Assembly: GCF_963853765.1 (NCBI RefSeq)
Contig: NC_088856.1
Location: forward strand, 9,362,001-9,426,000
Reading direction: 5' to 3'
From: Magallana gigas
Lineage: Eukaryota
DNA length: 64,000 nucleotides
Shown here: one piece after another, positions 38,201-48,862 of the stretch
Layout of the letters: the number at the start of each line of letters is the position of its first letter
Numbering within the stretch: position 1 is the first letter of the stretch
The notes under the pieces: model-generated
Told to the model about the DNA's origin: nothing
Seen by the model: only the letters and a program-made list of their open reading frames with translations
Database searches by the model: none
Made by a program: the position numbers and the translations under genes

Positions 38201-41200
38201 CTTTGTTGTACATCGATGAAGATGAACTAAAAAATACTGTTATTCTTGATGTTCATTGGTTTGTTGGAGCTTTTAAATGTGTGATTGCCGAGTCAATAGA
38301 GATCGAAGAAATTACCAACAACAAAACAACTATTTTTCACGAGACCGGTGAACTAGACGATCATGATTTGGACACCATTTGGAGCAAACATGAAAACAAA
38401 AAAGAAAATTATCTTAAACACAAGGATAAGATTTTGTCGTACATGGAACACATGGGTTTGCTTACAATCTGCAATTGGGAAAATTCTGGTATCGATCAGG
38501 GAAACATGACTAAAACAGCAGTGCATGGAGTTTGGTATTATTTTCCTAGCATGAACAAAAGAAAACTCGACAATGCTCTTGAAAAATTTAGAGAATACAA
38601 AACCTCATCTATTCTTTGTCTTCAGTTTTCTGAAAAAGGACAGTTACCAATGTTAGTTTTTTATAAACTTGTTTCTAAATGTATTGGAATGAGTGGATGG
38701 TCCATTTTAAAAGAAGGAGACAGGAATAGCATTTTTGAAAATGTGGCTTGCTTTTTGTTAAAAAACCACATCGTTGTCATCTGCATTTGCCAATTTCAGA
38801 TCCAGGTACAGGTGTGTTTACCAAAAGACAAAATTTCGCCAGATATTCTTCATGAGGTACAGACAACGATTGTACAAGAAATAAAAAAGTTCAAGAAATA
38901 TGAATTTAAAATAGGATTCAAGTGCGAACGAGGTGTTTTCTGTTCTGAAGAAGATAATTCGTTTATTGCTGTGGAAGATTTTCCTATCAAACAACTATGT
39001 GAAATGTGCAACGTTGGCGAAAAGCACTTTGTCAGCAACAAGATTTGCTGGGTAATATTTACCTTTTGAGTGTTTATTATTGATTATGAAATACAATTTC
39101 AAATTGGTGGTCTGCTTAATTTGTAATCAAGAAAATTGCTATCTCAAAACACGTGTAAGGCACGTTTTTCACTCCTTTTCCCTTTCTATTTGATAAAGCA
39201 ATGCATTTACCATTTCTAGTCAATCAATTGTTTTATTTTATAAACCTATTGGATCTCTTTTGACGTATCCTGCCTTTTTATTAAGATATGAAAACAGCGC
39301 CTTGATCAAAATGGGGAATAATATAATCAACATCTTTACAATATAATAGAAATGTTTAACTACATAAGATTAAAATCACTTTTTAAAGCTCATTTAAATT
39401 GTAAAATGTGTAATTTATTCAGAAATGGAACCTGAATGTTAACTTAAGACGTGATGCTCAGTTTGAACATTTTTTAATATTTTGATTTTACAACGAAATC
39501 AATATAATTTTCAATTCGAGCATTAGAAAGATGCTTATACAAATATCAATATATCATTTTCTTCAGTACAATATGCTTATATTATCGAAGTGTCTTGATA
39601 ACAAATCTGTTTTCTATTTTATAGTTTGCACAAACCCAACAGGAATCGTTAAGTGAGTACTAGAAAAATGAGTGTGTTTCACTTACCTACCGTTTTTCAT
39701 TAATAAACATTTGGTAATGGCCAACTAATTATACTTTAACTACTTCACAACCTAGCAATTGTCAATCATAGTAGCTTCAACACTACTCTTAATCATAAAA
39801 CATGTATTTATACATTTCAGTTTATTTTTCAAAGTCATTTGATTTAAAAAAAATAATTTTTTCGATGCTTTAAAGAAGATTATCTTTGTAAAACTGCATT
39901 GCGAATCTCTACGACAGAATGACAAAAGCTGACAATAAAGTAGGACTTAGTTGTTGTCCTCGCTTTCTTGTTATCGTCACGCAAGTCCAAGAAAATCTGA
40001 GTACCCAAGCGCAGCGTATAACATTAGCAAGCGCCACCTCGGTGATATCTTTCAATAACTAAGGTTTATTACTAAACTAAGATGTTCTATTACGTATTAT
40101 TATCAAGATGTACCTCTTCTCTCCCATTGCATCGACACGAATGTTGCTAAATAAGTCATCATTCACGATCATGGTACAGCTGAATCAATGTTCAAGAACA
40201 GCTTGGAATTGTTACATGTGTTTTGTGATTCTGGATCAGATTTAAGAAGTTGTTAGCTGCTAGGTGATGGCTCAGAATAAATGAAACATTAAGTATTACT
40301 TAATATATTTCTGTCTATATCCACTCTCTTTCTTATACTCATACTCTTTGAAAGTATTTGTGTACTGATTAAAACATTTTAAAATGATTATCAAAACAAA
40401 TCTTTGTACATGTTGCTACATGCCACCATTCATATTGCATTTTGCCATCCAAAATTACAACAGTTGTTGACCGTCAACATTTTGAATGCTTAACTGAAGT
40501 TTTCTTGCTATTTTTTCTTTCGCATCATTTTTCATCTGAACGTCCATCTGTCCGTATGTGAACGTTTTCATCAGGACCAATCAACGAATTAAGACCAAAA
40601 TGCAAACAAAAAATTGTTGACGGTATTTAGGTTTGCTAACAAATGAAGGAAAGTAAGAATGAGAGTAGTTCGTAATATGGTATTATCTTTGGTAACAATG
40701 TAGAAGGTTCAATCTGGAAAATAAATATGTAGTCATGCAACATGGGTACCGATCAGACCCAAACTAACACCAGAGTAAACCCAAACTAAACCCCGGGTTT
40801 ACTTTTTGGGTTTACTTGGGGTTTACTCTGGGTTTACTTTTTGAAAATTTGGGTCCACTCGGGGTTTACTTTGGGTTTACTCGGGGTTTACTTTGGGTTT
40901 ACTTTGAAATTGCTTTTGAGGTCAACTGTATGCACTGAAGTGTGAAGCGTGAAGCAGACTGTCTAGTATTTTATTTTACCATCCTACTGCCCGTAATTTC
41001 TACCCTTTGAATATTCTGAATACACAGTTAGCGTTTGCTTTCAGGGGTATACTTCTGACTGGGTTTACTCTCTGTGTTTACTCTGGGTTTACTTTGTGTT
41101 TACTCTGGGTTTACTTTGGGTTTACTCTGGGTCCACTGTAGTAAACCCGAAGTAAACCCAGAGTAAACCCAGAGTACACCCAGAAAGTAAACCAAGGGTT

Positions 41201-44200
41201 TAGTTTGGGTTTACTTTCTGTTAGGTTGGGTCTGCTCGGTAGTGTAGCTTACTGGATTGCAAGTTTTTGAACATCGAATTTCCTTTGTAGGGCAGGGGTG
41301 TGTTGTTAAAATTGAAAACTCGTGACAATATTAAGAGAATAGTGGTTGATGAAAAATGAAAGCNNNNNNNNNNNNNNNNNNNNNNNNNNNNNNNNNNNNN
41401 NNNNNNNNNNNNNNNNNNNNNNNNNNNNNNNNNNNNNNNNNNNNNNNNNNNNNNNNNNNNNNNNNNNNNNNNNNNNNNNNNNNNNNNNNNNNNNNNNNNN
41501 NGAAATTCAGGGGACCATGCAAATTTTTTCAATATATCCATATTTCAATATAAGCGAAATTGACTGACGTGAAGCCGCCAATTTGAAAGTTTAATCCCGA
41601 TGTAAGCAGAGAAAACCAAACCCGAACAAATTATTTGGTCATCATTTATTTATTACAGTGAACAGATTACATGGAATATTAGTCCTTGAAAGTTTGATTA
41701 AAACTATATCCGCAAGTTTTGTAAGTTTCATTTTGTTACTATCTTTAACCTCATCATAATCTCCAGTCGCATTCTTTTACGTTTTAGAGAAAAATCACCC
41801 GACTCAAACGCTTCAATTACTGCTAAATGCTGCTTGTATATCATCGTAGGTGTACTCGCGATAATCTCAAAATCCTTACTATTTTAAATTTAGGCTTTGT
41901 CCTTTTATCAATAGCCATAACTAGCTCATATTTAGTGCCCGAAGTTAAGTTTTTTCTTTCCCGTGGGGTTTCCATATTACGTCTAGCCTCAATACATCCG
42001 TATACGTAAAATAAAAATCAATATTGAATAAATGATATACAAAGGTGTGAATTGATGTTCTCATCATGTGTGTTTTTATACTTCTTTTAAGTAGTAAAAT
42101 TTATGATAATAGACTTATGATAAATTACTGTCATTAACCGTGACGACAGCCACCAGGGAGTACTTCAATATAACCGTTATAAAAACAACTAATTATCACC
42201 TATGGGGACCGATCAGTGGCTTCAATATAAGCAATATTTCAAAATAGCCGATTTCATTCTATCCATTCAATCAATGCAAAGAAAATGAGAGGCAAAAACT
42301 GGGGATTTATTTCTATTTCAAAATAAGCGGAATTTCAAAATAAGCTATTTCNNNNNNNNNNNNNNNNNNNNNNNNNNNNNNNNNNNNNNNNNNNNNNNNN
42401 NNNNNNNNNNNNNNNNNNNNNNNNNNNNNNNNNNNNNNNNNNNNNNNNNNNNNNNNNNNNNNNNNNNNNNNNNNNNNNNNNNNNNNNNNNNNNNNNNNNN
42501 NNNNNNNNNNNNGTAATGGTTTTATTCATGAATAACCGCTTAAAGTCTGAAAATGGGCACAACCTATTAGATCTAGATAGTAGCTATTGAATTAAAAAAA
42601 TTATATATACTTTCATTTCCAAAAAAAAAATGTTGCTTGACTCAAGTTTTTATAAACACCTTTCCTTACTTGTCCTTGTAATCAGTCAATATTTTTCAAT
42701 AACTCTGAAAAAATATATATTACATGTATCATAATTCATGCAATCTACTAAAACTTCATATAAAACACATAGCTATTTTATGGGAAAGTAAATTGTGAAA
42801 TCGACAAAGAGAAGCAACCTATTATAGCTAAGTTCTATATATAACAAAGATTTTTTAAGGGGACATGGTCATGATTGAAGTCAATGCTATTTTCCCATTT
42901 TTACCGTTAACAATGCATTTGAAATGCATTTCTAATGATCAGCCAAAATTTGAAGAGTCAGTCAAATAAATATAACCATGATACAAAGCTATCGGTTTTT
43001 GTCAGGTAAACAAGGCTTGGGCCTTATTCTTGTTTACAGTATCATTACATCATTATATATTAAATAAATGATTAATGCAAAATTTAACTTTTGAAGGTTT
43101 TTAAATTTCTAAATTTGAACAAAATGTTATCGCTTATTAACATTACTCAATGAGGTTTTCTTAATCTGTCCTGTGAAACAAAGGAGGATGAAGTGCGTCG
43201 TATTTTTTCTTTTTTTAAATTCAAATTTGACTATTAATTTAACACTTTCTTTAAAGGGTTTTTTTGTCAATAAATTTCAGATAAAGGCATGTTTTGATAA
43301 AAAAAATTATAACAGGGGGATGAAGCCCCTCTTACATCTCATGCAACGTCCATGTTTCATGCAAACATCATTTATTCAGAAAGAAGATTTTATTTAGATA
43401 TTTTATTTAGATACCGTAGATTTGTTCACGTTTTCAAAAACATAATCAAGTATATGGTTTACAACAAATCACTCAGTGGAATATGTATGTTATCTGAACG
43501 CACACGTGCTTGCCTCATTATTTATATATTTAAACAAAGTTGTCTAATTTATGCTATCTGCTCTATGCATGATGAACTATGCATGATTTATTCAGAAAGA
43601 AGATTCTATTTAGATATTTTATTTAGAAAACATAATCAAGTATATGGTTTACAACAAATCACTCAGTGGAATATGTATGTAATCTGAACGCACAAGTGCT
43701 TGCCTTCATTATTTGTATATTTAAATCAAAGTTGTTTAATTCATGCTATCTGTTCTATGCATGATGAACTCGCCATAGACGTTTCGCCATGGTTTTAAAC
43801 AGAGAGCTGCAATCTCAGTTACCTCGTTCTGAGCATCATCCAGAGAGTTCATTTTATCAAAAGAAATTGAGGATTTAAAAAACGATTTGGAGTGTTTTGT
43901 TTATTTATTTTACATTCAATTTCAATGAATAATACATATCTCCTTTCTTTACGTAAATATCCTATAATTTATCGGTGCAAGCATATATTTGAACACCCCC
44001 CCTCCCCATGTACACGTAGCTCTGCCAAAGTGGGTCCACCACCTCACTCATATTTGCTATTACTAGGTACTTTACTTTAAATAATAATATTACTTTGAAT
44101 ACGTTTAGAGCAAATTCTTCGGTCTTTACGTATTTATTCAATATCACTACAAGCATATATTTTCATACCCCTTCTCAATCCCCACCCCCAAGTTAGCTCG

Positions 44201-45879
44201 TGTCCGCCACCTTACTCTCATATTTTTTATTACTGAATAGCTTACTAAATTTAAAAGTGTTTCAAAGAAAAGTAGATGTTTCAAATAACGGTGTTTTACC
44301 AATTCAGTACTAGCTATTTATCAAATAAATGTCATCTCACAGGTGTTAAAATATCAAAGGTGTATGAAGTAACTCTGTAGGCATTTCTTTGTTAATTGGC
44401 AAATTGTCGTAATATATAAGTATAGTTATTATGTAGTATGTACGTTATAATCTTAGGAAAACGAATTTAATTTGATTTTATTTTTCAATTATATAGAACC
44501 AGATATTTTTTGTATCCTGTGTAACCGTCAAGATAATAATTAAAAAAAAAATCTAATTATTGTCTCAAAAATTTCATCACTTATGTATCTAAAAAATAAT
44601 ATCTTTTGTTATAGACATTAAGAAAACATTAAAGAAATTCCACGAAGAAACTGACGAAGGACTTACTTCCATACTTCATATTATACAGGCTTCCCTGGAC
44701 GGAAACGTTGAAAGTTTCTTGTTTTATCTAAAACATGAAATTGGTAACAGAAAACATTTACTCTCAAAACCAGTTCAAAATGGTTGGAATGTAATGCACT
44801 TCGCTGCAAAGGGTGGAAATCTTAAAATTTTTCAAACTTTTAAATCTGAAGATTTAAACTTGTGTCAAAAAACACATGATCAAATGACTGTTTTACATAT
44901 CGCTTCATTATATGGTCACTTTGATCTTTGCAAATATATCTTAGAAAATAATGATTTTCAAACCATTTTGGAAACAACGTCGGTGTCTGGTAAAAACGCT
45001 TGTCATTACGCAGCAGAAGCAGGGTCAGTGAGCATATTTAAACTATTAGCCACAAAATGTATCGACCCAATAGCAACAACTAATAATGGACAAAACGCGT
45101 TCCATATTGCATGCATATACAATCAGTTTGAAATGTGTGAATATATTTCCAAACACTACCATGATTTAATATCTGCAGAATGTCAAGAAGGATGGAACGC
45201 CACTCTTTATGCCGCAAAGAATGGCAATACAAATATTTTGAAATTTCTTCAAAAAGAAAATGTCAGTTTTGAGCACAAATCTGAGAGTTCCAGGAACGCG
45301 TTACACATTGCATGTGACAACGGACATTTCGAAGCAAGTAAATATTTGTCTGACACGTTCCCGTGTTTATTGAATGCCGGTGATACTAAAGGTAGATATG
45401 CTTTTCACTTTGCTGCAAGAAGCGGTTGCGTTGAAATTTTAAAAGATCTTGAACTTAAGACTGACGTGACTCGAGCAACGTCTAGCGGAATGAACATACT
45501 TCATATGGCTTGTTTACATGACCACGTGGACATGTGTAGATATATTTTAAACAAATATCCTGATCTTAACCTTAAATTTTCAAGAAAACATTGGACAACT
45601 GCGCATTTCGTCGCCGGGGAAGGCAACAGTATGGGGAACGAGATCGAAATATTTGAAATGCTTTTGAATGCAAAAAAGCCTGTAAATTTTCGTGAACTTA
45701 CCAGAAAGAACAACTCAGTTCTAACAATGGCAATTAAATGCAATAAGTATGACTTTGCTGAATTTCTTTTTGAAACATATCGTAGTTTGTTAGATATTCC
45801 AAATGCAAATAATCCGATGGAGACAGGAAACGAAGATCCGAACATGAGAGAACTCCTGAAAAGACATTTAGAATGTTAA
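26492..45879 (+). CDS. Multi-exon gene: Cys-rich ectodomain - TM helix - Roc GTPase - COR - ankyrin repeats (putative receptor-type ROCO protein, ~1280+ aa, 5'-incomplete)
   Basis: Exons <=26492-26674, 27198-27308, 31074-31140, 31239-31360, 33416-33646, 33858-34403, <=34782-34866, 37840-39051, 39625-39652, 44615-45879. All visible sites are GT-AG with matching phases; the acceptor of exon G lies in a gap. Confidence 0.8.
26745..26818. repeat. (AT)n microsatellite
   Basis: Perfect AT run in intron A-B. Confidence 0.98.
27198..27308 (+). CDS. Receptor-ROCO exon B (ectodomain, 3 Cys)
   Basis: gacag|gt, FCILLEGTGDLNHYSCVERFNSSCPDLPYYDDELYT, donor gtaaga, phase 1 to 1. Confidence 0.85.
27429..28645. 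mobile_element. ~1.2-kb non-autonomous TIR element with aagtatactt-type subterminal repeats (intronic)
   Basis: Left ccctcacagaattaacttatac versus reverse complement of right end ccctgacggaattaagttatac. TSD not resolvable. Confidence 0.6.
29395..29760 (-). mobile_element. 3' fragment of a Penelope-like element (intronic, antisense)
   Basis: Reverse complement matches 48600-48860: tatcaacagtctcg.ttgaagtca..., ggtgtga.cg.tcagcagaggat..tcactc...ggcacctgatcctac. Confidence 0.75.
30025..30108. repeat. (GATA)n microsatellite
   Basis: About 21 GATA units. Confidence 0.97.
30231..30305. repeat. (TA)n microsatellite
   Basis: Perfect TA run next to a gap. Confidence 0.97.
31074..31140 (+). CDS. Receptor-ROCO exon C (ectodomain, 3 Cys)
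   Basis: Long pyrimidine tract ttttag|at, (N)PACLAINKDLRCFVADSDCKE(K), donor gtatag, phase 1 to 2. Confidence 0.85.
31239..31360 (+). CDS. Receptor-ROCO exon D (transmembrane helix + basic stop-transfer)
   Basis: ttgtag|a, SHSSEVKTDKWFLIVVVFMICCAIVFAVYCGLILHKKRKK, donor gtacaa, phase 2 to 1. About 24 hydrophobic residues followed by HKKRKK. Confidence 0.85.
33416..33646 (+). CDS. Receptor-ROCO exon E (Roc G1/G2)
   Basis: ttttccag|at, ..HIRGIIVGCTGAGKSTLFMRL..NSTKIADVHVNSF.., donor gtacat, phase 1 to 1. P-loop GxxxxGKS. Confidence 0.9.
33858..34403 (+). CDS. Receptor-ROCO exon F (low-complexity insert + Roc G3)
   Basis: ttgcag|tt, ..PRITFLDFGGQSMYYAFHQIFLSPKTFYILVVDMTK..TWTYK, donor gtaacc. 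Confidence 0.92.
34782..34866 (+). CDS. Receptor-ROCO exon G, visible part (Roc G4)
   Basis: WLTSIDSFSDINTPVIVVGTHAEHKSEE, donor gtaaga, phase 0. 5' end lies in a gap. Confidence 0.88.
35140..35225 (+). mobile_element. Helitron-type 3' terminus (intronic)
   Basis: Hairpin ctcgttgc-tc-gcaacgag (35196-35213), 7-nt spacer, then CTAG followed by T (35221-35225). Confidence 0.65.
36955..37145. repeat. Low-complexity (ATTGT)-like degenerate repeat
   Basis: Many attgta/atatga/tacaat units. Confidence 0.55.
37840..39051 (+). CDS. Receptor-ROCO exon H (end of Roc + COR domain)
   Basis: ttgtag|GAA, 1212-nt open frame with WKETIRP, MLIFLNRVGSLLY, VILDVHWFVGAFKCVI, LSYMEHMGLL, WYYFPSM, FYKLVSKC; donor TGG|gtaata, phase 0. 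Confidence 0.92.
39625..39652 (+). CDS. Receptor-ROCO exon I (28-nt micro-exon linking COR to ankyrins)
   Basis: ttctatttttatag|TTTGCACAAACCCAACAGGAATCGTTAA|gtgagt (FAQTQQESL). Converts phase 0 to phase 1 as exon J requires. Confidence 0.75.
40744..41244. mobile_element. Tc1/mariner-type MITE with GGGTTTACT(C/T) decamer sub-repeats, copy 1 (intronic)
   Basis: Degenerate TIRs gtaccgatcagacccaa / ttgggtctgctcggtagtg|ta. Internal segment shared with 59573-60016. Confidence 0.8.
43371..43770 (+). repeat. Tandem duplication of ~185-210 bp (43371-43579, 43587-43770), intronic
   Basis: tttattcagaaagaagatt...ctatgcatgatgaact repeated; first copy has an extra ~25 bp. Confidence 0.85.
44615..45879 (+). 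CDS. Receptor-ROCO exon J (terminal exon, ~10 ankyrin repeats)
   Basis: ttttgttatag|ac, open to TAA at 45879. Repeats GWNVMHFAAKGGN, MTVLHIASLYGH, KNACHYAAEAGS, QNAFHIACIYNQ, WNATLYAAKNGN, RNALHIACDNGH, RYAFHFAARSGC, MNILHMACLHDH, WTTAHFVAGEGN, NSVLTMAIKCNK. Confidence 0.92.
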
Positions 45880-48067
45880 AACTGCTGTTTTTTGTGAACA
45901 GTATTGAAAAATCATATCGAGGATGGTTTTCTTTTTGTAGGTAATTTTTTTGGTAATACATTATTTCATATAAAACGAACAAATATTAGTTGTAATTAGG
46001 TGCAGAAGCGTCAGAAAAGCTATGAGAAAAAATTTCAATTTTTTTTCTTTGCTGCTGTCGGTGTTTGATTTTAGACCATTTTTTCTTGTTTTTTCCTTAA
46101 CAGTATATTGAGAATTACAAAACTTCAAATTGATTAAAAACATGTTATACAAAGGAGGTATACAAATGGTGGATATTTTGGTAAAAAAAAACACAATCAG
46201 GGCATTGTTCATAATTTTATAATCCTTTTATTCACATAAGGTTCAGTTGTTCAATTACTTCAACCTCAAATATGGTTGAATAAAAACTCACTTTAAGCTA
46301 TACAAATGTTAAGCTGTTTTGCTTACATAAGATATGAGACAAGTGATTTCAAAAGAAGAGCATTTATCTTACATAAAATTGCTGAGTTGATTGTCACTTA
46401 AAACTCCATGTATATATTTGCAGTGTTTATTCAATTCATTCCATTTTGGGTGTTTTTTTATGCTTACATTATTGTACAAAATAATGTCTGAAGCAATACG
46501 CTTTCTTTTATGAATGTTTAGAATAAAATGATATATATGCAGTGTAGTCTCTATATAATATGTACATTTGTAGGCGGCTCTAAGTGTTTATACATAATTT
46601 TTGTTTGATTTTTGAAACTAAATATAATCAATTCAAGTACATATTTATTTAGGATATGTTTTGACCATTGCTCATGTTTGTATTATTACAGTTTTGCCAA
46701 CAATTCTTCCGGGTCCATTAAAAAACATAAATGGCAATGAATGTACCTTTTCAAGTATGTACATACGAACAAGGTTGAAAATTGTACTGATTCTCAATTT
46801 TCTAAGTGGGTCAAGTAAAACGATTGCATTACATTTATTAGTGAATAATTGCGTCACATTTTACACTACTGACACTAAAAATTCTCATATATATTAACTG
46901 TTAATTAATGATCTGTAATTAATATCTGGTAATGCCTGTTTGTATAATAAATGTGCTTTTATATTACACTTTTTTTTCTTAAACACTAATTATTCTTCAT
47001 ATTGGATGTTTCCAAAATCATGCCAACATTCTGATAAAACATGTCAACGAGAGAGATAGTAAGAAAAAACCTAAGCATTGAATCATGTATGTTTACTTGA
47101 TTGTTCTTTCCTCGAAACTTATGTTAATACACATAAAAAAGTTGAATTCCAAATGTTATTGTTCGTTTTACTTTGCCATTCCTATGAATGTATTTTTTAT
47201 GTTATCTTAATAGAAGTAAAATTGCATATACTTGTCTATACTGTAAAATATTGATATTAATGTTGATATTATTGGCCAAATAATGTTATTTAGCTATTAC
47301 CTTTTTTTACAATTATACTAATAAGTTAATCTTGTTTGCAGCACGCGGGCTTTATATCTTGGTTTTTTAATAAATGAATAACAAGGCTGGTTGTTTATGG
47401 CTCAGCTTTTTTATTGTCAACATGATATAATCAATCAAAGGGATAAACCATTAAATAAGTAGATCGGTGGGATAGATGGCCGTGCCAAATATATTTAAGT
47501 ATGAAACATTTAGTATAATTTAAAATTATATAAAGAATAAACAATAAACATCAAAATTCAAATAAACTGTAATGCATATGGTTAATTTAATACACTATAT
47601 AACAATTATATTTCACCAAAAATTTGCATATAAATTTGATTCAAAATGATAAATGTTGAACCTATTTATGATATATTTATTAAAAAATAATTGTATTTCA
47701 ACATTATCTTACAAAAATTATGACAATTAAGCACTGCTTTAATACAAGGTTTTCAAACTTCAGATTTAGGCCAGGAATGTGCATTCCTGTCATAAATGGA
47801 TTTAGCATGCAGGTTGTTAAATATTAATTTGCAATAATTTAACCCAAATCTTAATGACTGAAATACGGAAATGGAAACTATAAAAACTAAAACCAAACAA
47901 TCCAGATCTTGAATTAATTTCCTCTAACAAATAATTATCCACCTTCCCCTTCCTGGACCCCAAGTACACTAAACAAACCCTTAGAGTAGAACCAGTCTAT
48001 CCACTCGGTCATTTTACATATATAACACCCACTTTTCTAAGAAGGTCAAGAGTTGTCATAAGTTACT

Positions 48068-48862
48068 AAAAGATGCTTGAGTTTCTGATAGACAACATCT
48101 ATGTAGTTTTTTTCAAATCAAGTGTTCCAACAATCTGTTAGAATCTCCATGGGTATTAATTGTGCCCAATTGTTAGCAGGCCTATTTTTGTGTTCTTATG
48201 AAGTAGAATTTATTAAAAAAAAACTTGTACGTGAAAAAAATAAATTACTCCCTGTTGCCTTCAACTCAACATTCAGGTATATCGACAACGAAATATCAAC
48301 TAGCAATATTATTTCCATTCTTACGCCTAATCTTTATATCCCAGTGAACTTGAAATAAAAGATACCACAGAGTATGCGTCATCTGTTTCATATTTGGAAA
48401 TTGTTCTGGAAATGGACATTGATGAAACCTAACAAGAAAACTTTATAAAATCCGTGATGACTTCAATTTTTCTCTAGTCAAATTTCCTTACTTATGTAGC
48501 GACAACGCTTCATCACCTGCATATGGTGTTTTTGTCTTTCAGTTAATTCGATACGTAAGGGCATGCTCTTCGTATGAACAGTTTGTAAGGCGAGACAAGC
48601 TACTGACAAAAAAGTTGATAAACCATGATTATCAACAGTCTCGTTTGAAGTCATCTTTTCGTAGGTTCTATTTGGTTGATACAACGACCTTTTCAGCAAA
48701 TACAATCTTCCCCTGGGTCGCATGCTGACTGGCGTTTTTCATACTAATTGTATTGACAAATAGCATGCGGCGGGTGTGACCGTTCAGCAGAGGATAATCA
48801 CTCCTCCTTGGCACCTGATCCTACCTCTATATTTTTGGAGGTTCTTGTTGCTCTGCTTTGAA
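48068..48862 (+). mobile_element. 5'-truncated, decayed Penelope-like retroelement (RT C-terminal half + 3' tail)
   Basis: KMLEFLIDNIYV..QVFQQSVRISMGINCAQLLAGLFL..FRYIDN..ELEIKDTTE..SYL..DDFNF..VKFPYL..PAYGVFV.QLIRY.RACS, matching the PLE RT pattern G.PMG..CAP.LA.LFL / YIDD. Confidence 0.85.

Noticed and set aside
37906-39069. Treating the 387-aa COR ORF and the 386-aa ankyrin ORF (44719-45879) as stand-alone genes
   Set aside because: Both start at non-ATG codons just downstream of good splice acceptors and are linked in frame by exons G and I.
40020-40050. CTCF-like motif agcgccacctcggtg
   Set aside because: Only a partial consensus match; single short motif with no supporting context.
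40525-40580. Minus-strand ctgatga followed by a small stem (hammerhead-like)
   Set aside because: GAAA does not follow stem II and stems I/III do not form; the region looks like a HINE remnant.
40760-41220. Interstitial telomere
   Set aside because: Unit is a 10-mer (GGGTTTACTY) inside TIRs, not tandem TTAGGG or TTTAGGG.
26330-42562. ORF-track entries containing X runs (26330, 30169-30537, 34437-34875, 41221-41567, 42335)
   Set aside because: Artefacts of N gaps being translated without stops.
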